A DNA stretch of 64,000 nt from an uncultured bacterium (GTDB lineage Bacteria > Patescibacteriota > Minisyncoccia > Phycocordibacterales > Phycocordibacteraceae), in contig CAVXAH010000001.1 of NCBI GenBank assembly GCA_963759775.1, positions 336,682 through 400,681 of the forward strand, written 5' to 3'. This document shows positions 1 through 7,450 of the stretch, piece after piece (the first letter of the stretch is position 1; each line of letters begins with the position of its first letter). The notes beneath the pieces were generated by a model. That model was not told where the DNA came from and made no database searches. It saw nothing but the letters and a program-made list of their open reading frames with translations. The position numbers were made by a program, and so were the translations under genes.

Positions 1-117
1 ACATTCTCCAGGCATTTAAAGAAAAACTGCGCTCGGGACCGCTTCTTGCGAAAGTAGAGAGTGTTTCGGTTTCTTGGTACCCCGCAACTGGTACGTACAA
101 ATCATTCGCTATCGTAT

Positions 118-804
118 ATGGATAAGCCAAATGTGCCTTCGTGTATCGGCATCATCATGGACGGGAACCGTCGGTGGGCAAAAGAGCAGAGTTTGCCGAG
201 TCTTGAAGGACATCGTGCTGGACTTGCGAAACTTAAGGAGGTTGCGCACTGGGGTTTTGATGCGGGAGTAAAAACAGTTTTCTTTTATGCGTTCTCCACG
301 GAAAACTGGAACCGCCCGCCCGAAGAGGTTTCGTATCTCATGCAGCTTTTTGCAAAAACGATTCAGAGTGAGTTAAAAGAATTGCAAGCGGAGGATATTC
401 GTATTCGTTTTATTGGGGACCTTTCGCGACTTGCTGAACCACTTCGTACAGAGGCTCTAAAACTTGAAGAAGAAACGAAAAAGGCGAAGCACGGAACTGT
501 TGTGCTCTGTCTTTCGTATGGAGGTCGTGGTGAAATTGTCGCGGCGGTGAATAACCTTTTGGTGCAAGGCATGGAAACGGTTACCGAAGAAAGCCTTCGT
601 AAAGCGCTCTGGAGCAGTGATTTGCCGGACCCAGATCTCATCATCCGTACGGGTGGCGAGAAGCGACTTTCCAATTTTCTTATGTACCAGGCCGCGTACA
701 GCGAGCTTGCATTCATCGACACCAAGTGGCCCGCGCTTTCAAAAGAAGAGTTTGGTCAGATCTTAGCGGAGTACGCATCACGCGAACGTCGGCACGGAAA
801 GTGA
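118..804 (+). CDS. uppS: Undecaprenyl (isoprenyl) diphosphate synthase
   Basis: ORF 61..804; GIIMDGNRRWA and IRTGGEKRLSNFL motifs typical of cis-prenyltransferases; ATG at 118 preferred over GTG at 61. Confidence 0.9.
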   Translation: MDKPNVPSCIGIIMDGNRRWAKEQSLPSLEGHRAGLAKLKEVAHWGFDAGVKTVFFYAFSTENWNRPPEEVSYLMQLFAKTIQSELKELQAEDIRIRFIGDLSRLAEPLRTEALKLEEETKKAKHGTVVLCLSYGGRGEIVAAVNNLLVQGMETVTEESLRKALWSSDLPDPDLIIRTGGEKRLSNFLMYQAAYSELAFIDTKWPALSKEEFGQILAEYASRERRHGK

Positions 805-817
805 TACTGTGTGCCTT

Positions 818-1558
818 ATGGAACTCCCCATCCTCTACGAGGATACTGATTTAGTAGTTATAGGAAAGCCGGTCGGCGTGATGACACACCCCGACGGCCG
901 CACCAAAGCAGAAACTGTTTCGGACTGGTTTTTAAAAAAATACCCGGAGTCGGGAGCGGTCGGTGAACCTATAACCACACCTGCAGGGGAAGTTATTCCC
1001 CGTCCTGGCGTCGTGCATCGCCTGGACACCGATACTTCGGGCGCGCTCGTGCTTGCGAAAAACGCAGCCACATATACGTTTTTAAAACAGGCATTTGAAA
1101 GTCGCGCGGTGAAAAAGACCTATCTTGCGTTTGCGTATGGTGTGCCGAAACAAAAGAGAGGAGTTATCAATTTTGATATTGGACGATCGCAAAGAGACTT
1201 CCGGCTCCGTTCGGCACAGCCTGGCGCGGGTGGAACGCTCCGAAACGCACTCACGCAGTATGAGGTCGTGAGCGACATCGGCACGCACACTCTCTTTCGT
1301 TTGCAGCCAGAAACAGGGCGCACGCATCAAATCCGTGTGCATCTCAAGGCCATCCATCATCCTGTAGTATGCGACAAACTCTATGCACCAAACCGTGCAT
1401 GTGATTTGGGTTTTAAACGACTTGGACTTCATGCGTATGCGCTTGATTTGCCTGTTCAGGCAGGAGGCCGGAAAGAAGTGGTTGCCCCCATTCCGCCTGA
1501 CCTCGCCTCTGCATTTCTAAAATTCCCAAATACCGATGGTTTCCTGCGCGCCCCGTAA
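818..1558 (+). CDS. RluA-family pseudouridine synthase (no S4 domain)
   Basis: ORF 809..1558; catalytic HRLDTDTSGALVLAK motif, RTHQIRVHL motif; ATG at 818. Confidence 0.85.
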   Translation: MELPILYEDTDLVVIGKPVGVMTHPDGRTKAETVSDWFLKKYPESGAVGEPITTPAGEVIPRPGVVHRLDTDTSGALVLAKNAATYTFLKQAFESRAVKKTYLAFAYGVPKQKRGVINFDIGRSQRDFRLRSAQPGAGGTLRNALTQYEVVSDIGTHTLFRLQPETGRTHQIRVHLKAIHHPVVCDKLYAPNRACDLGFKRLGLHAYALDLPVQAGGRKEVVAPIPPDLASAFLKFPNTDGFLRAP

Positions 1559-1615
1559 CAGCCAAAAACGAGTCGTTTTGCGTTCAAAAAGCGGCTGTGG
1601 TAGAGTGCGCGGGCA

Positions 1616-2083
1616 ATGCATACAGTCATTTCTCCGGTAAACAGTGCGGGGCGCGCGAAACTTGGTATTCGTGCGGGTGATACTGTGCGCGTCATACAAA
1701 ACATCGTTGAGCTCAAAAAGGGCAAGGGCACCGATAAGAAAGAGAAGACGGTGAAAAACGTCCGCAAACAAAATTTTGAGGGTCTCGTACTTGCGGTGAA
1801 ACACGGCACAGAGCCAGGAGCTATGTTTACGGTCCGCACCACCCTCTCGGGCGTTGGCGTGGAGAAAATCTTCCCCCTCTACTCCCCCATGATAGACGCG
1901 ATTGAAATCGTACGTCGCTCAAAAGTTCGCCGCGCAAAGCTTTACTTCATCCGTGAGAAGGCGGCGAAGGAGGTGAAGCGCCAGCTCCGTAATACTCGTT
2001 CCGTAGCGACCGTTCTTAACACAGACGTTACCGTTGAAGCTCCAGCGGAGGAAAAGAAAGAAGAGGTCCCCGCAGCTGCATAA
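1616..2083 (+). CDS. rplS: Ribosomal protein L19 with Lys/Glu-rich C-terminal extension
   Basis: GDTVRV...GVGVEKIFPLYSP...VRRSKVRRAKLYFIR pattern characteristic of L19. Confidence 0.9.
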   Translation: MHTVISPVNSAGRAKLGIRAGDTVRVIQNIVELKKGKGTDKKEKTVKNVRKQNFEGLVLAVKHGTEPGAMFTVRTTLSGVGVEKIFPLYSPMIDAIEIVRRSKVRRAKLYFIREKAAKEVKRQLRNTRSVATVLNTDVTVEAPAEEKKEEVPAAA

Positions 2084-2180
2084 GTTTCAATACGAACCCG
2101 CCGACCGCTTTGCCTGTCACACTGCAGAAGTGTGGTCAGGCTTTGCGGTCGGCGGGTTTTCGTTTATAGTTCCCGAACCT

Positions 2181-2265
2181 GCCCAGGTGGCGAAATTGGT
2201 AGACGTACTACCTTGAGGTGGTAGCGCCTGTAATGGGCATGGAGGTTCGAGTCCTCTCCTGGGCA
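2181..2265 (+). tRNA. tRNA-Leu(GAG), type II with long variable arm, no encoded CCA
   Basis: Acceptor GCCCAGG/CCTGGGC, anticodon stem CTACC/GGTAG with loop TTGAGGT, T-arm GGAGG-TTCGAGT-CCTCT. Confidence 0.9.
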
Positions 2266-2280
2266 CAACGAAAATAAAGG

Positions 2281-2299
2281 CACCCGAAAGGGTGTTTTT
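2281..2299 (+). terminator. Short intrinsic terminator after tRNA-Leu
   Basis: CACCC-GAAA-GGGTG hairpin followed by TTTTT. Confidence 0.5.
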
Positions 2300-2304
2300 A
2301 CGTT

Positions 2305-2455
2305 GTGCCCAGAGCGAAGCAACTGCTTGCTTCGCGTGAGAGGACTCGAAAGCGGTCGAGCGTATGAGCGCGAGCTTGTATTCAAGCGAAGCCGAATGCG
2401 AGACCCGTACCGTCCCCGTAGGGGAAGAGATGCGAAGCGATCCTCTCCTGGGCAC
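2305..2455 (+). ncRNA. Candidate structured RNA of unknown class, ending in a copy of the tRNA-Leu 3' end
   Basis: GTGCCCAG (2305-2312) pairs with CTGGGCAC (2448-2455); GAGAGGA (2338-2344) pairs with TCCTCTC (2441-2447); internal hairpins GCGAAGCAA/TTGCTTCGC, CTCGA/TCGAG, GCTTG/CAAGC; followed by a terminator. Confidence 0.35.
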
Positions 2456-2456
2456 C

Positions 2457-2485
2457 AAAAAACCGGCTTACGCCGGTTTTTGTTT
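2457..2485. terminator. Bidirectional intrinsic terminator (RNA candidate on +, rpsT on -)
   Basis: A-run, ACCGGC-TTAC-GCCGGT hairpin, T-run. Confidence 0.6.
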
Positions 2486-2492
2486 TGGTGCC

Positions 2493-2759
2493 TTACGCTT
2501 TCAACTTAGCGACTGCTTTTGCGAGGCGTGCCTTCTTGCGGGCCGCCGTATTCTTTTTTATGAGACCGTTCTTCGCAGCCTTGTCTATCGCCTGGTACGC
2601 AGCAGAAAGAAGTTTCTCTGCTTCTTTTGGCTGCTTTGCAACAAGTGTCTTCATAAACGCCTTCGTTGCATCCTTAAGCGCGTCGGAGCGGCGTGCATTG
2701 AAAACGCGCTTCCGGAGGGACGCGCGGTAGGCTTTCTTTGCTGAACTGGTGATTGCCAT
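2493..2759 (-). CDS. rpsT: Ribosomal protein S20
   Basis: 88 aa, basic, MAITSSAKKAYRASLRKRVFNARR... typical S20 N-terminus. Confidence 0.85.
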   Translation of the reverse strand: MAITSSAKKAYRASLRKRVFNARRSDALKDATKAFMKTLVAKQPKEAEKLLSAAYQAIDKAAKNGLIKKNTAARKKARLAKAVAKLKA

Positions 2760-2834
2760 GTCGCCGCATCCTAAAGTATTTGTCCTGCATACGCAAGTTT
2801 TCCCTCAACCTCCTCCACGCTGTATGATGAGTTT

Positions 2835-3389
2835 ATGATTCGCTCCGTTTCCGGAAAGGTGCTTCACAAAGGGCTCGGAAGCATCGTTGTTGATGTGGCT
2901 GGTTTTGGGATTGAGGTGCGCACGCCAACGCCTGATGCATTTAGCGAAGGCAAAACTGCAGCTCTTTCTACCCATCTCGCGGTAAAGCAAGACGGGCTTG
3001 AGCTCTATGGTTTTTCTGACCCCGCCGACAGGGACTTTTTTGAACTTACACTTACCGTATCTGGTGTGGGACCAAAGACCGCGCTTGCACTTTTGAAGCG
3101 TTCTCCGCGCGAAGGGCTTGAGAGCGCTATCGCGAGACGTGACATTGTCTACCTCACCCGCGTGGCGGGACTCGGCAAGAAATCTGCGGAAAAAATAGCA
3201 GTGGAGCTTTCAGAAAAGCTTGCGGCAAAAAAAGACGCGGGTGACGGGGGTGATGCTGAAGTATTTGATACGCTCGTCGCACTCGGCTATACCGAGCGCG
3301 AAGCGCGAGGTGCACTCTCGAGTATCCCCGAAGGGGTGTCTGGAAAAGAAGCTCGGCTTCGCGCCGCGCTATCGGGAAGTCGCTCATGA
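2835..3389 (+). CDS. ruvA: Holliday junction helicase subunit RuvA
   Basis: MIRSVSGKV...GFGIEV...LYGF...FELTLTVSGVGPKTALALL pattern; TATGAT box 6 nt upstream of ATG. Confidence 0.9.
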   Translation: MIRSVSGKVLHKGLGSIVVDVAGFGIEVRTPTPDAFSEGKTAALSTHLAVKQDGLELYGFSDPADRDFFELTLTVSGVGPKTALALLKRSPREGLESAIARRDIVYLTRVAGLGKKSAEKIAVELSEKLAAKKDAGDGGDAEVFDTLVALGYTEREARGALSSIPEGVSGKEARLRAALSGSRS

Positions 3390-4615
3390 TCCGCCGCTTG
3401 TACAGAACAATTCTCTCGCCCTATCACTTTGCCTGGGCACTTGGTTCTGCACTGTGGTACGGATTTCCTGCTAAAAAACTCACTGTCATCGGTGTTACGG
3501 GCACCAAAGGAAAATCTTCGGTAACCGAGATGCTGTACTCAGCGCTTACCCATGCTGGACACCCAACGGCAGTGGCGGGAACTATTCGTTTTGCGATAGG
3601 AAATGAATCGCGCCCGAATTTGTACAAGATGACTTTGCCCGGCCGCTTTTTTATTCAAAAATTCCTTGCGGAGGCGGTACAGAAAGGTGCAACACACGCG
3701 GTGATTGAGATTACTTCCGAGGCCGTGCTCCAGCACCGTCACCTCTTTCTCTTTTTGAATGCACTGGTGTTTACGAATCTTCAGAAAGAACACATTGAGT
3801 CACACGGCTCATTTGAAAAATACGCTAAGGCGAAACTTGCGATAGGCAAAGCGCTCGTGCGTTCACCAAAGCGGCCCCGTGCAGTTATTGCGAACGCCGA
3901 CAACCTCCACAGCATTCCTTTTCTTGCGCTTCCGGTAGAAGAGAAAATTCCGTTTTTGTATGGCGATGCCAAAGAAGTAGCGCTCGGGCCCGGTACTGCC
4001 TCATTTGCGTACGGGGATGTGCGCTTTTCGCTTCACCTGCCCGGCAGTTTCAGCGTTATGAACGCGCTTGCGGTTATTAAGACTGCACACTTTCTTGGCG
4101 TCTCGCTTGAAAAAATTCGTGACGCACTTGCTTCGCTCACACGTATTCCAGGGCGCACAGAACGCATTGAAGCCGGCCAAGATTTTGAGGTCGTTGTGGA
4201 CTACGCACACACCCCCGACTCTCTTGCCGCGCTCTACGCGGCATACCCCGTGCGGAAAATTTGCGTGCTTGGAAATACGGGGGGCGGACGCGATAAATGG
4301 AAGCGTCCTGAAATGGGTCGCATCGCAGATGAGCAGTGTGCAGAGGTGATTCTGACGAATGAAGATCCCTATGACGAGAACCCACGAAGTATTGTGGAAG
4401 AAATGGCGGCCGGCATGAAACGAAAGCCACAGATCATTATGGATAGGCGTGAAGCAATTTGCGCGGCGCTACGCGCCGCGCAAAAAGGAGATGCAGTGCT
4501 CATCACCGGCAAAGGAACCGACCCATTCATTATGGAAGCGCGTGGCAAGAAAACGCCGTGGAGCGATGCGCGCGTTGCACGAGAAGAGCTTGAGAAACTC
4601 GCTCGGGTAGCCTAA
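3386..4615 (+). CDS. Mur ligase family protein, MurE-like
   Basis: P-loop VIGVTGTKGKSS, DYAHTPDSL and NEDPYDENP motifs of Mur ligases; specific substrate not assignable by eye. Confidence 0.75.
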   Translation: MIRRLYRTILSPYHFAWALGSALWYGFPAKKLTVIGVTGTKGKSSVTEMLYSALTHAGHPTAVAGTIRFAIGNESRPNLYKMTLPGRFFIQKFLAEAVQKGATHAVIEITSEAVLQHRHLFLFLNALVFTNLQKEHIESHGSFEKYAKAKLAIGKALVRSPKRPRAVIANADNLHSIPFLALPVEEKIPFLYGDAKEVALGPGTASFAYGDVRFSLHLPGSFSVMNALAVIKTAHFLGVSLEKIRDALASLTRIPGRTERIEAGQDFEVVVDYAHTPDSLAALYAAYPVRKICVLGNTGGGRDKWKRPEMGRIADEQCAEVILTNEDPYDENPRSIVEEMAAGMKRKPQIIMDRREAICAALRAAQKGDAVLITGKGTDPFIMEARGKKTPWSDARVAREELEKLARVA

Positions 4616-4620
4616 AGAAA

Positions 4621-4650
4621 AAGAGTCGTTGGGGGTGCCATACGACTCTT
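4621..4650. terminator. Hairpin between convergent genes
   Basis: AAGAGTCGT ... ACGACTCTT 9-bp stem between the Mur ligase stop and the stop of the minus-strand ORF. Confidence 0.5.
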
Positions 4651-4672
4651 TAGTGCCTTTGATGAAAGATTT

Positions 4673-5194
4673 CTATTCTTCGAGTTCTTGCCATTCAACT
4701 TCTTTTGCCGTACCACTCCTCACGGCGGCATGCATTGCCAGAAAATCTCTGCAAATCTCATCAAAAACTTTTCTTTGCTCCGGAACGACCGCCTGAATAC
4801 CTTCTGCGAGGTACATAAGCCACTGAAGCGGAGAAAGATTGGTTCTCGGATTACCGATGTAAAGCTCCTGGAGACTCATTGCGCCTTCAATGGAAAATGG
4901 TTCTTGGGTCGCGCCTGCCAGGTCAATCGACCCGCTTCCAAGCTCTTGAATTCCCCCTTTATCTGACGCAAGAAATTCAATCAGCCGAACCACACTGGCA
5001 CATCCAAGTTCGCCGTAGATGCTTCTGAGTTTCTCCACGTCCACCGTGACATTTTGCTTTCTTTCCCTCCCCGTACGGACAATGCTTTCAAGGATTCCTG
5101 GTTTTCCGTTTGAATTGAATGCCGGACGTATGCGTGCAATTTCTTCAGAAGTTCTTCGTGATGCCATACCGCACCTCCTCAAAGTAAGGGTCAT
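4673..5194 (-). CDS. Hypothetical protein
   Basis: 173-aa ORF with protein-like composition, no recognised motif. Confidence 0.5.
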   Translation of the reverse strand: MTLTLRRCGMASRRTSEEIARIRPAFNSNGKPGILESIVRTGRERKQNVTVDVEKLRSIYGELGCASVVRLIEFLASDKGGIQELGSGSIDLAGATQEPFSIEGAMSLQELYIGNPRTNLSPLQWLMYLAEGIQAVVPEQRKVFDEICRDFLAMHAAVRSGTAKEVEWQELEE

Positions 5195-5286
5195 GTGGCC
5201 TGATGCACTATCTTCCCTCTCGTGACCATTGTCAAACTACGTTGAAACCTTCGCGATAAAGAATCCAAACCTGGTATTATCTTCCT

Positions 5287-6237
5287 ATGCAGCACGACGC
5301 GTGGTTTTTCGTCGGATTCTTTTTCCTCGTCTTCCTTGTTTGGATTGCGACCGGAGGACCGACACACCCCATCTCTTTTACCGGTCCCACACTTGCTCTT
5401 CCGGGGGCACTTGGCGGAGGGACCTACCTTTCACTTCCACGTGCGACCTTTGGAACCAAGCCTGTCGGCGGGTCGGGCGGTACTTCCTCTTCGGGGTTCT
5501 CTTCAAGCGGTGAGCAAGACGTACCGGAAGCGAAAACGCTTGAGGGCGTTTCGTTTGGCGCTCCTTCACCATACCGAGGCAGCATATCCCTCAGTCACTA
5601 TGTCTCTGGCGCTGGCCTAAAATCAACCCAAGAATACGTTCAGTTGTCACTTTCTCGCAACGCGCCCGCTCCGGTCACTATTTCCGGTTGGACACTGTTT
5701 AGCGAAGCAACCAAAGCGGGCGCGGTTATTCCTTACGGCACGGAAGTGCCGCAGTCTGGCGTGGTGAACAGGCAAAATCCGATTGCGCTTTCCCCTGGTG
5801 ACCGTGTACTTATCATCACGGGACGCTCCCCAATTGGGGTTTCGTTCCGTGAAAACAAATGCATCGGATACCTTGGCTCTTTCCAAGCATTTTCACCTGC
5901 ATTTCCAAACTCTTGTCCTCTTCCCGAAAATGACCTTAAAAGTTTCTATGGTTCCGACTATGTTCGCGATGTTGATTGTATAGAGTACGTTGATGATATT
6001 CCGCGCTGTAAGGTGATAACCAGGCCACCAGAGGACCTTTCAGATGCGTGTGTACGCTTCATCGACACTTATCTCCACTACAACGGCTGTGTAGCCGCAC
6101 ATCAAAACGACGACGACTTTAAAGGAGACACGTGGCGTATTTATTTGGGGCGTGTCTCAACCCTGTGGCGAACTAAACATGAGGTGGTGAAACTTCTTGA
6201 TCAGGAGGGCAAAACGGTTGACGCGTTCGCGTACTAG
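5287..6237 (+). CDS. Hypothetical membrane-anchored/secreted protein, possible lamin-tail-like domain
   Basis: N-terminal TM helix; segment EYVQLSLSRNAPAPVTISGWTLFS resembles LTD-domain pattern; TGgTATTAT box 6 nt upstream of ATG. Confidence 0.55.
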   Translation: MQHDAWFFVGFFFLVFLVWIATGGPTHPISFTGPTLALPGALGGGTYLSLPRATFGTKPVGGSGGTSSSGFSSSGEQDVPEAKTLEGVSFGAPSPYRGSISLSHYVSGAGLKSTQEYVQLSLSRNAPAPVTISGWTLFSEATKAGAVIPYGTEVPQSGVVNRQNPIALSPGDRVLIITGRSPIGVSFRENKCIGYLGSFQAFSPAFPNSCPLPENDLKSFYGSDYVRDVDCIEYVDDIPRCKVITRPPEDLSDACVRFIDTYLHYNGCVAAHQNDDDFKGDTWRIYLGRVSTLWRTKHEVVKLLDQEGKTVDAFAY

Positions 6238-6440
6238 CGAGCGAGGTTGTAGGAAGTGGGTGGTAGGTGGTAGAAATACACCTCAACGCGCCCGTATGTA
6301 AGTAGGCTTTCTTCCTACGCTCGCTCGCGAGCATGAAAGCAGACTTTCCTGCTCGCCTCGCTCGCTTGGCAGTAGGCATACGAGCGCTGCGTTCGGCGCA
6401 AGAGAATGCTAGATTACTAACGTTCTCTTGGCCTCACTTC

Positions 6441-6513
6441 GCGCCCGTAGCTCAGTCGGTAGAGCAGCTCCCTTTTAAGGAGATGGTCGTTGGTTCGATT
6501 CCTACCGGGCGCA
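6441..6513 (+). tRNA. tRNA-Lys(TTT), no encoded CCA
   Basis: Acceptor GCGCCCG/CGGGCGC, D-arm GCTCAGTCGGTAGAGC, anticodon loop CTTTTAA, T-loop GGTTCGATTCC. Confidence 0.9.
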
Positions 6514-6544
6514 CAAAAGTTGTATACTAAAGGTAATTAATTTA

Positions 6545-6757
6545 ATGAATATGGGATTTGAAAACGAGAAATTCAACAAACCAAAAGCGGGACCTGAAGA
6601 TGCTCCTGTTTCTGTAGAAGGCCTAGAGGTGGGCGACCTAGAAAAAATGACTCCAACCGAGGCCGCAATGTTAGAAAAAATTGTGCAGGCCCTTAGAAAA
6701 CGAAACCCAAATTCACAGCCGGCCGCAAACGACGAAGATATTCGGAAGGCCGCTTAG
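6545..6757 (+). CDS. Small hypothetical protein (70 aa)
   Basis: ORF only; acidic, no motif; weak AAAGG upstream. Confidence 0.3.
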   Translation: MNMGFENEKFNKPKAGPEDAPVSVEGLEVGDLEKMTPTEAAMLEKIVQALRKRNPNSQPAANDEDIRKAA

Positions 6758-7443
6758 ACAGAGAGCGCAAAACGCTCAAGCGCCTCGGAAAGATCAGTGC
6801 TCGTTCGGCGAGTGTCTTGAAGAAGTTTGATGAGCGCTAAAGAGAGTGCTCGTGCTTCGCTTGGTTTGTAAGCGCGGCTTCCCTTTTCCATCAGATCACG
6901 CGCTTTCCAGTGGAGCAGGCCATGGAGCGCTTCGGGGGCTTCCCCCGCACGAAGTGCACGAACAATTTCTATCCAAAGTTTTTCGCTTGAGCGGGTTCCA
7001 AGTGCGTTTACAAGGCCAGCATTAAAACCGCGCACCTCTTCCCGCTCCCCTGTTTTATCAAACACGTATGCCATCTTGGCTTTTGCGGCAAGCTTCTTCG
7101 CTTTCGCTTGCGAAAGTTTTGGAGCTAGAATGACAATCACATTTTCAGACTCAACAAGCATAGAAAGCTTCTCTTCAAGTACAGTCGCGTCTGATCGGTC
7201 CTCCTCGTCACCCTCTTCGTCGGTTTTTTTTGACACGGCAAACGGGTCATCAATGAGGGTGAGGGTGCGTTTTGCAAAAAGACTCCCTGACGCAGACGCC
7301 TCTTCCAGTACGCTTTCAGTTATCTCCTCTTTCGCGAGGCGCACGTAGGCAAGGTTGGGCTCTTTTGTTTTTGCAGCCGCGACCCACGCAAACGCTTTCG
7401 CGCGCACTTTTTCTACATCGGAGCCGTAAAAGAGATAAATCAT
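6754..7443 (-). CDS. Possible DNA polymerase III delta subunit (HolA-like)
   Basis: 229 aa starting MIYLFYGSD (HolA-like N-terminus), helical C-terminus, located next to polA; weak assignment. Confidence 0.4.
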   Translation of the reverse strand: MIYLFYGSDVEKVRAKAFAWVAAAKTKEPNLAYVRLAKEEITESVLEEASASGSLFAKRTLTLIDDPFAVSKKTDEEGDEEDRSDATVLEEKLSMLVESENVIVILAPKLSQAKAKKLAAKAKMAYVFDKTGEREEVRGFNAGLVNALGTRSSEKLWIEIVRALRAGEAPEALHGLLHWKARDLMEKGSRAYKPSEARALSLALIKLLQDTRRTSTDLSEALERFALSV

Positions 7444-7450
7444 GGTCGGG

